From positions 32,001-96,000 of IMG/VR virus record IMGVR_UViG_3300024058_000001: a DNA stretch of 64,000 bases, one strand, 5' to 3'. The position numbers were made by a program, and so were the translations under genes. Below are positions 56,954 to 64,000 of this stretch, piece by piece (within the stretch, counting starts at the first letter, position 1; every line of letters starts with the position of its first letter). The stretch is from a virus. Taxonomy: Duplodnaviria > Caudoviricetes. Below the pieces are notes generated by a model that saw nothing but the letters and a program-made list of their open reading frames with translations, made no database searches and was not told the origin of the DNA.

Positions 56954-58270
56954 TTATTCAAAGACGGATGGATGATGATAATCTTCGTCATCATCTTTTG
57001 GTGCTCCAAATCCAACTGGCTTAATATCTTTATCTTTTACTTTGTCAAAATTTGCGTCAAACTGCTCATTTGTTAAAAGTACTTTACTACCCGATTTGGA
57101 ATCCGAATCAATAGCTTCAATAAGGGCAGCAGTAACTAATTCTCGCATATGAGCACCTGTATAACCTTGGCTATATTTAGCAATCTTATCAAAATCTACA
57201 TTCTTTACATCAAAATCTTTTGTGTAAAGTTCCAATAATTTTTTCCTTTCTTTAGCATTAGGTTTAGGTATTTCTATAACCCTGTCAAATCTACCTGGTC
57301 TATTTCTTATAGCTGATTCGATATGTTTTACATTGTTTGTTGTTGCAATAACAACTACGTATTCATTTTCAATAAGTCCATCTAATTGATTCATTAATTC
57401 CCCTAATATACCTCGATTATCCGACTCATTTCTGCTACCTCCGTATAAATCAATATCTTCTAAAAATAGAATAGTCGGTGATAGGGAACGGGCTAACGTA
57501 CAAACTTGGGCCACATGATCAGACCTAGTTAAAAATCTAGGAGTAACCCATATAAAAGAACATTTTGCCGTATGACATAAGATTTTTCCAATCATTGTTT
57601 TTCCAGTGCCAGGAACACCTTGTAAAATGATTCCTCTTTTAAACTTGACTCCCGCATCTTTATATTTATTAATATTATTAAATAGATTGTCTACGTTAGT
57701 TTTAATTTCCTTAATAAGTTTATTAGGTAAAACAATATCATCCCAAGAATATACGGTTTTTAAATCCATATGAGATAAATCTGGACTAATTTTTGCATTC
57801 TTTAAATAGTTATTATCTTCTGCATATTTTTCTAAATTGTTTAAAAATGACAATGTTTTTCCTTCATCTTTAGGAGCATAAAATAAATTCATTCCCCATT
57901 TGTCATGGCCATATAGTCCATCAAATTCTAAAACAAATTTATAATCCTCATGAGTTATAAACATATATCCTTCTGTGATACAGCGTTTAAATTTTCCTGG
58001 GCTTATTTCTATATCCTGCTTCTTTAAAGCATAATAATCATTCTCGACAATACCTATGCATTTTTCTATTTTATAATTATGCTTATTTAAAAAATCCTCA
58101 AATATTATAGCGATAAGATTTTTGTGATATGTAGATTCATAGGTTTTGCTACTAGATAGTATATCCTTAGAGGAAATACCAAGAAAATCACTGATTAAAG
58201 AAATTTGAAGGGAATTATGCCATCGTGCTTTACGATGTATATTTATCCAATCATCTTTAGTAAAATTCAT
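56954..58270 (-). CDS. AAA+ ATPase (FtsH/Cdc48-like clade, no protease domain)
   Basis: GVPGTGKT, ILFLEDID, ATTN, RPGRFDR, GYTGAHMREL. Confidence 0.92.
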   Translation of the reverse strand: MNFTKDDWINIHRKARWHNSLQISLISDFLGISSKDILSSSKTYESTYHKNLIAIIFEDFLNKHNYKIEKCIGIVENDYYALKKQDIEISPGKFKRCITEGYMFITHEDYKFVLEFDGLYGHDKWGMNLFYAPKDEGKTLSFLNNLEKYAEDNNYLKNAKISPDLSHMDLKTVYSWDDIVLPNKLIKEIKTNVDNLFNNINKYKDAGVKFKRGIILQGVPGTGKTMIGKILCHTAKCSFIWVTPRFLTRSDHVAQVCTLARSLSPTILFLEDIDLYGGSRNESDNRGILGELMNQLDGLIENEYVVVIATTNNVKHIESAIRNRPGRFDRVIEIPKPNAKERKKLLELYTKDFDVKNVDFDKIAKYSQGYTGAHMRELVTAALIEAIDSDSKSGSKVLLTNEQFDANFDKVKDKDIKPVGFGAPKDDDEDYHHPSVFE

Positions 58271-58271
58271 A

Positions 58272-58526
58272 TTACTTGACCTTTCGTTTACGTTTAGAAG
58301 GATTCAGCCATCCTTTTAGACATCTGTTTAAAGTATTTATAAATTTCCCGTTCCATTCTATTAAATCATCTATAAAGTCCAATTTAAATCCAATTTCATA
58401 CATTAATATAACTAATATACCTATTTCTAAAATGTAATAGTCGAACATGAACGTCATTAAAGAAAATAAACCAATTATAGTTGCAAAATGTATTAAAGAT
58501 GCTATAGCTTTAGATTTGAAAGTCAT
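58272..58526 (-). CDS. Small membrane protein
   Basis: Two hydrophobic segments. Confidence 0.5.
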   Translation of the reverse strand: MTFKSKAIASLIHFATIIGLFSLMTFMFDYYILEIGILVILMYEIGFKLDFIDDLIEWNGKFINTLNRCLKGWLNPSKRKRKVK

Positions 58527-58670
58527 TTCGGTTCCATCATCTTCTTTCTACGGACAACAATAACCTTATCACCTTTGATTAGATTAAACGCTTTACCATC
58601 CTTAGTAAGTATTCGCCCAATAAATTTTGTTCCATCGATTACTTCAAGAGTTTTTACCGTATGCGCTCTT

Positions 58671-59360
58671 TTATTTATGCTCTGTTTTATCATTAGATGA
58701 TACTTCTTTCTTGGTATCTTTGGCAGAATGTTTCTTTGCAGATTCTGTCATCTCTTTTTTTACTTTTTCTTCTATTTCCTTCTTAGTTTTTTCTTCTTCC
58801 TTCTTAGTTTTTTCTTCTTCCTTCTTTAAAAATTCGGCGTATTCTTTGGCATAACTGCTGTATTCTTTGGAAATAAAATCCATTAGTTGCTTGTAGTTAG
58901 GGAAAATCTTTCCTCCACAATTAAAATTTTGTCTAAGTCTTGCCAATACCCAATCATTAAATTCCACAATAGGAGCATAACTAACAGTATAAATAGGTAT
59001 ATTCTTATGATGGGCTTCTACAATTTCTTCTATAGTTCCACCGATTGGAATTTTAGGATCATAAGAAACAATAATAAATTTGGAATTATTCACACAAGTT
59101 ATATCAGCTTGTTGAATATCTCCCATTACTTGATCCCATAACTCCCATGCTCCCCCGCGCTTAAGGTTATAAAGTTTTGTTTTTTGATCCTCAATGTTAT
59201 CTGCTAGACTATTGTTACATTCCGCTGTAGTAGGATCTTGTACATGAAATTGTAATTCTACTAACTTTGAAGTTAAATCTTCACGCCATTTTACTCCGCT
59301 ATCCTTAGCAGCTTGTATTGAACCAACTAAATAACATTTTAGTTTATTCATGGTTAACAA
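58671..59360 (-). CDS. Nucleoside 2-deoxyribosyltransferase-like protein
   Basis: CYLVGSI...WRE...DP...DITCVNNS...GGTIEEI..A; KKEEEKT repeats in the tail. Confidence 0.65.
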   Translation of the reverse strand: MLTMNKLKCYLVGSIQAAKDSGVKWREDLTSKLVELQFHVQDPTTAECNNSLADNIEDQKTKLYNLKRGGAWELWDQVMGDIQQADITCVNNSKFIIVSYDPKIPIGGTIEEIVEAHHKNIPIYTVSYAPIVEFNDWVLARLRQNFNCGGKIFPNYKQLMDFISKEYSSYAKEYAEFLKKEEEKTKKEEEKTKKEIEEKVKKEMTESAKKHSAKDTKKEVSSNDKTEHK

Positions 59361-59557
59361 TGCCTCCCATTACCAGGATTTTTTTAATATATCTACTACA
59401 TCCCATACATTTTTTTCTAAATTTTTTAATCTTCGTCTAGTATTAGACCCTTCAACAACCACAACAATAAGACAAATAAAAAGTATACATTCGGTTAATG
59501 TCAATATCATTGTTTTTAAGCTCTATATGCCCTTTCTTTTAGAAACTTTCTCCCATT

Positions 59558-59824
59558 TCATTCAACAAACTCTGTTCCAGTCCACACCTTAACCTCAACA
59601 TGTGTAATTCCCAAATACCTAGCCACTGACAGCCTATGATTACCGTCAATAATAAACCAATTTACATGAATCGTAAGTGGTTCCAATATCCCCTGCTTCT
59701 TTATGCTTTCAAAAAGCTCATCGAATATTTTGTCTCCCGCCAATACGCCTGGATTTGGGGGGTATTCACACTTAATCAATTTTACAGGAACTTTCATTTT
59801 TACCGTCCTTCGTTTTTCTATCAA
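59558..59824 (-). CDS. ParB/Srx-like nuclease domain protein
   Basis: SIKKQGILEPL...IIDGNHRL..ARYLG. Confidence 0.85.
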   Translation of the reverse strand: MIEKRRTVKMKVPVKLIKCEYPPNPGVLAGDKIFDELFESIKKQGILEPLTIHVNWFIIDGNHRLSVARYLGITHVEVKVWTGTEFVE

Positions 59825-60802
59825 TTAAGAAACATACGTCTTCCCAAACGGTATAATTAATTTTCCTCTGATAATTCGGTGTATTGAAGGAAAGAAATTA
59901 CCGCTTTCATCAAAATCCACAGTTGCGAATGCATGGTCATGAGAATTTGGTTTTCCACGTTGCCACTCTGGATTAACATCTGCTAGACACCCAATAGAAG
60001 CTGCATATACAGGCAATTCTCTAACAGGTGACGGGTGCGTATAAATTTGAACTTGATGAGTATGGCCATACATTACATTCTTTCCATATTTTACTGCGTG
60101 TTGCTTTGCATGTGCATCATTGTAAAATGATCCATGAGTAAAATATAAATGGCCTAATGCAATATTATCGTTATATTGTAAAACTTTCCAACCACTTTTT
60201 GTAAGACCTAATCGACTATCAATGTCTATATGTTTCTTCCAGTAATCTCCATCCTTTTTCTCCATCAGTTTATTCGCTCTATCTTCATGGTTTCCTTTTA
60301 GAAAAACTTTAACGCAATTTGAAGGTAACACTTTTTCAATTTCAGCTAAAATCTTTGAAGCTTCTAAAAACTCTAAATCTAATTCCTTTAATTCATCCGT
60401 AGAAATATCGGGACGTTTTTGTTTGTCTTTTCCTAAAAGAGGATGATAATCCATAAAATCTCCGATAACAATACAATGTGTTGGTTTATAATCTTTACAT
60501 ACTTGAAGTGCAATATTAACTGCGGATTTACTATGATATGGAATTTGAAAATCAGAGAACACAAAGCATCGCTTTAAAGGTTGTGGCTTGGTGCTTCTAA
60601 GTACCTTGCGCTTGGGCAGAGTAACAATAGACTCGTACTCCGTTAGCATCTTTTTCTTTTCAAACTGAGTATCAATATCATACTGCCTACACCATCTTCG
60701 TATAGTCTTTTCGTCTATACTAAGAATCTCAGCTACTCGCTGTTTTGTATAGTCATGCTTTTTCAATAAATCCAGTAAACGTTTTTTAGTTGGTTTTTTC
60801 AC
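59825..60802 (-). CDS. HTH + calcineurin-like metallophosphoesterase
   Basis: N-terminal HTH; SDFQIP, GDFMD, GNHE, THG, GHTH. Confidence 0.85.
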   Translation of the reverse strand: MKKPTKKRLLDLLKKHDYTKQRVAEILSIDEKTIRRWCRQYDIDTQFEKKKMLTEYESIVTLPKRKVLRSTKPQPLKRCFVFSDFQIPYHSKSAVNIALQVCKDYKPTHCIVIGDFMDYHPLLGKDKQKRPDISTDELKELDLEFLEASKILAEIEKVLPSNCVKVFLKGNHEDRANKLMEKKDGDYWKKHIDIDSRLGLTKSGWKVLQYNDNIALGHLYFTHGSFYNDAHAKQHAVKYGKNVMYGHTHQVQIYTHPSPVRELPVYAASIGCLADVNPEWQRGKPNSHDHAFATVDFDESGNFFPSIHRIIRGKLIIPFGKTYVS

Positions 60803-60844
60803 TACTAAACCTCCTGTATTTAAGTATCTTCTGCCTATGTTCTA

Positions 60845-60873
60845 ATTGTACCACATAAGACTACATTTGTCAA
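60845..60873 (-). promoter_or_regulatory. Sigma70 promoter
   Basis: TTGACA-17nt-TACAAT with extended -10 TG. Confidence 0.85.
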
Positions 60874-62561
60874 GTTTTTACTACAGATATCTCATCGTCC
60901 TTAGTTAACTCTATACAATGGTTTAGATACTGCTTAGCTTCTGTATGGGTTATAAGCACTATCCGTTTAAACCGTGAAGTAAGCAATTCTAAAGTCTTTA
61001 TAAAGTTATGTTGCTTTGCTTCATCTAAACTTCCTAATCCTTCGTCTATTATTAAAGTTTCTACTTTAAAATTATTACGTCTAGATAGTAATTCCGACAA
61101 TCCTAGTCTAATAGCTAAATCGATAATCATACGTTCTCCACCACTATAGTTAAAATATGATCTAACTTCCAATCCATCTTGTATCGTTATTTTAAACGTA
61201 TCAACCAAATCTCCATTAACTGATTCCCGCTGAGTAACAAATTTGATAGAAATGGGTAAATCAGATAATAATTTTAGATTTTCATTTACTAAAAGGTCTA
61301 ATTCATTAATCAAATTGTCAATAATTAACAAAGGTATACCTTTATGACTAAAAGCTTGAGATAAACTAGAATATATTTCTTGTTCTTTAATTAATTGATT
61401 AATAATAACTCGGTGATCACTTAGTTTAGAAATTATATCTTTTAATTCCTTAGCGGGATTCTTTAAACTTTCTAGTTCACCTTCTAACTTGGATGCTTCG
61501 CCATGTAACCCAGTAATTTTATTCTTGTGAGATTTAATAACAAAATTCATTGTTATTAGCTTTTTGTTTGTATCCTTAAACTTTACGATTATTATTTTTT
61601 TAGAATCATCAATATGCATCTTTTTATCTAGTATATCTTGATATTCTTTTCTCAGGTTCTCTTTAATAATGTCCTTATTTGATTTATCTATATTAGAATA
61701 ACAAATTGGGCATTTTTCATTAAGTAAGTCTAATGCTGCAGCTTGGCTAGATAATCTACTAATATTTTGGTCAATGTTTCTAAGTTCCATATCTAGTTCT
61801 TTAATACGCAATACATAAGAATTATATTCTTCTTGAATACTGCTACACTTGGATTCCATCTTTTTATAATCTTTTTTAGTATTTTCATAATCTTTTAAAA
61901 TTTTACTTAATTCTGTTTGTTTAGATTTTTGTATAGACTTAACATCTGAAATCTGATGAAGGCGTTCTTCCAGATAACCACAGGCTATATCTAATTTATC
62001 TTTCTGAGTATTACTTTGCATAAATTTATCTATGCATTCCTTTTTATATTTGTCATACATATTTAATTGCAAAATATCTAGCATAACTTGAGCAGCTTCT
62101 TTTGGAGAAAGCTTAGAAAAACTGTCTGCTTCTCCTTGCTCTATACAACAACTATTTCTAAAGGTATCATAATTCATACCTAATACTTTATTAATTTCTT
62201 CTTGTGTATTCTTTAATACGGGCCTAGATAATTCCTTAGTAACCATACCACTAGAATTAAGAATATGAAAAGAAAGCTCTGTCTTTTTTCCAAGAGTTCT
62301 TTTCCTTAAAACCTTAAAGATTTTTCCATTTACATCAAATTTTATCACAGCCGTACAACTACTTTCTCCGTAATGTATCAAATCGTCACCTGCACCTCCA
62401 ATCCTTGATTTACCCCACAAAGCCCATGTAACGGATTCCTTTACTAAAGCCGACTTACCACTTCCGTTTAATCCAACTAATCCAATTAATCCTTCAGGAA
62501 AGTCTACATGAGTAAGCTTGTGAGATAAAAAATTATTTAACGATACACTTAATAAATTCAT
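60870..62561 (-). CDS. sbcC: SbcC/Rad50-like ATPase (gp46-like recombination nuclease subunit)
   Basis: GLNGSGKS, zinc hook CPIC, YSGGE, IIDEGLGSLD, LITH. Confidence 0.93.
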   Translation of the reverse strand: MNLLSVSLNNFLSHKLTHVDFPEGLIGLVGLNGSGKSALVKESVTWALWGKSRIGGAGDDLIHYGESSCTAVIKFDVNGKIFKVLRKRTLGKKTELSFHILNSSGMVTKELSRPVLKNTQEEINKVLGMNYDTFRNSCCIEQGEADSFSKLSPKEAAQVMLDILQLNMYDKYKKECIDKFMQSNTQKDKLDIACGYLEERLHQISDVKSIQKSKQTELSKILKDYENTKKDYKKMESKCSSIQEEYNSYVLRIKELDMELRNIDQNISRLSSQAAALDLLNEKCPICYSNIDKSNKDIIKENLRKEYQDILDKKMHIDDSKKIIIVKFKDTNKKLITMNFVIKSHKNKITGLHGEASKLEGELESLKNPAKELKDIISKLSDHRVIINQLIKEQEIYSSLSQAFSHKGIPLLIIDNLINELDLLVNENLKLLSDLPISIKFVTQRESVNGDLVDTFKITIQDGLEVRSYFNYSGGERMIIDLAIRLGLSELLSRRNNFKVETLIIDEGLGSLDEAKQHNFIKTLELLTSRFKRIVLITHTEAKQYLNHCIELTKDDEISVVKT

Positions 62562-62890
62562 TGTTTGTTTTCTTTATCTTTTTTATTAACCAAATCAGCG
62601 ACCATATTAGCTAAACTTTCTTTAGATACAACTTCACCCTTTGCAGCCTTAAACACTGCATCTGCATCTTCAGGATTAGTAATAGGTTCTCCAAAGGCAA
62701 CTTTAACTCCCTTCTTGTCCAATCTAGCAGTTACACTACGAATTTCATTAAGAAGATTTTTTACAAAAGCTGCCATAACATCATCGTATTTCTTGGCATC
62801 ATCCACCATTGCAGTAATTTTTAAAGGAATAATCCACGTCTTTTCTTCAGTCCAATTACGTTTATCGTCTAACGGATTTACATCGCTCAT
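62558..62890 (-). CDS. Hypothetical protein
   Basis: 110-aa ORF with GAGG RBS. Confidence 0.6.
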   Translation of the reverse strand: MSDVNPLDDKRNWTEEKTWIIPLKITAMVDDAKKYDDVMAAFVKNLLNEIRSVTARLDKKGVKVAFGEPITNPEDADAVFKAAKGEVVSKESLANMVADLVNKKDKENKQ

Positions 62891-63204
62891 AATTTTTTCC
62901 TCTCTTTTGGTTTATTTTTATTTATTTTGTCGTTCTACGTTATCCATGTAATAGGTTACTAAAAAACTAAGAACAGGTACATATACAAAGATCCATTCTA
63001 GAATTTCAGTTTTTGCAGCTAAATACCCAGGTAAAACTAGTATTACAAAAACACACATAAATAGAAGTATTCTTGTCAATGTATTATTCATCTTCTGTTT
63101 TCTCTCTAATCCAATCTTTTTTCTTGTTTATTTGATTTTTCTTTTTATTAGGTTTAACTCTAGTTCTTGGATTTATTTTCCATGTATGCCTGGGCTTAGG
63201 TTTT

Positions 63205-63921
63205 TTATTGTTTGTTGGCATGCTCTATACCTTGTAAAATAATCTTAAAAACTCCAGGATTAAAATAATCGTTATGATCATAATCTGTGCTATGACTGTT
63301 ATGGATTTCTAAACCTGAAAATGGCATAATCCTTGGAGTTATTCTATCTGTCTCGTCGTCTGTTAAAAATCCCCAATATCCTAAATGCCCAAACGGTGGG
63401 GGAGACATCCGTACTACTGTATCACCATGACTAGAAAAATTAAAACAAGCCTTAATTTGTTTATTTTTTAGTAGATTGTCTATCTTACTTTTTTTAATAT
63501 GGGCTGAAACCACTGAACCAATTAAAGTAATAGATTGAACACGTAACGCACGATTTCTACGCAACATTTTAATTGTAACCCAGGTACCATAAGAATGACC
63601 AACAATATGTATACGGGCACCAGGATTTGCCTTTTTTAACTTTAATAGATACTTCTCAAACTTACTAATTGCCCAATTATCAGGTAGATGGTCTAATTTT
63701 AGTTTTTCAAGCAAAGGAACAAGCCATCTTCGTATCCATGATTTAACTGGCGTTAGATATCCAAAACTAAACAAACGATATTCCATTATTTTTTCATCGA
63801 ATTCATCTAGATAATGCTCCTTTATCCAGTTGCCAAATACATGTTGCCAAACGTCTGTATTCTTAGCATCAGTTAATATTCCATGTATACTTACAATAAT
63901 AGTTTTCTTAACCATTGCCAT
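63205..63921 (-). CDS. Alpha/beta hydrolase
   Basis: SIHGI, VGHSYG nucleophile elbow, D..V, HNDYF. Confidence 0.85.
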   Translation of the reverse strand: MAMVKKTIIVSIHGILTDAKNTDVWQHVFGNWIKEHYLDEFDEKIMEYRLFSFGYLTPVKSWIRRWLVPLLEKLKLDHLPDNWAISKFEKYLLKLKKANPGARIHIVGHSYGTWVTIKMLRRNRALRVQSITLIGSVVSAHIKKSKIDNLLKNKQIKACFNFSSHGDTVVRMSPPPFGHLGYWGFLTDDETDRITPRIMPFSGLEIHNSHSTDYDHNDYFNPGVFKIILQGIEHANKQ

Positions 63922-64000
63922 TAACCTCCGAAATAAGTTTTAAACCCGCATTAATTATATCTTCTTTTTCAGTTTCGTCCATTTGTTTGTCCTTAAAATA

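Larger units (their letters stand above)
1..64000 (-). mobile_element. Tailed dsDNA bacteriophage genome segment (Caudoviricetes, siphovirus-like morphogenesis module)
   Basis: Co-oriented terminase, portal, prohead protease, capsid, neck, tail tube, chaperone, tape measure and tail-tip genes; many short ORFans; no host housekeeping operons or integrase seen. Confidence 0.97.

Noticed and set aside
58770-58830. KKEEEKT 21-bp repeat
   Set aside because: Ordinary low-complexity slippage in a charged tail
542-62951. All plus-strand ORFs in the track (e.g. 9977..10432, 30809..31348, 45986..46474, 51186..51761)
   Set aside because: Antisense shadows of well-supported minus-strand genes; no recognisable motifs
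1-64000. Stop-codon reassignment (alternative genetic code)
   Set aside because: Core genes are full length and tightly packed in the standard code; TAA, TAG and TGA all end genes
1-64000. tRNA/rRNA genes, integrase, endolysin
   Set aside because: None recognised; intergenic gaps are short and mostly hold small ORFs, promoters or hairpins
63922-64000. Possible 3' end of an SbcD/Mre11 partner gene
   Set aside because: Only ~25 codons are visible; cannot be assigned

Overview
A 64-kb, AT-rich, densely coding segment of a large tailed dsDNA bacteriophage (Caudoviricetes). It is probably a siphovirus: a tail tube, a G/GT frameshift chaperone and a 548-aa tape measure are present, and no sheath is recognisable. 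Essentially all real genes are on the minus strand in the standard code. Reading in the direction of transcription (right to left): (1) a DNA-metabolism/accessory block with an alpha/beta hydrolase, SbcC/Rad50, HTH-phosphoesterase, ParB-like, NDT-like, AAA+ ATPase, DUF3310-like and sigma70-region-4 proteins; (2) terminase; (3) an unusual ~10-kb insert between terminase and portal; (4) portal, Mu gpF-like protein, HK97/XkdF-type prohead protease-scaffold and major capsid protein; (5) fibre/decoration, neck, tail and tail-tip genes; (6) small accessory genes behind perfect sigma70 promoters, including peptide deformylase-SEC-C, an M48 lipoprotein peptidase and a phosphoesterase. The most striking unexplained structure is a candidate capsid-cargo polyprotein system. 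Several head-cluster genes, including the prohead protease itself, alternate acidic spacers with ~75-110-aa Arg/Lys/Gly/Ala-rich amphipathic cassettes. Each cassette begins right after a recurring [ILVT]-x-K motif, which also sits at the predicted maturation site of the capsid protein. Some of these genes share N-terminal leaders (QLRD, or a ~60-aa domain), one small gene copies the capsid N-arm, and a subtilisin, two HEXXH proteases and a thermonuclease are encoded alongside. All product calls are from motif recognition only; no searches were run.
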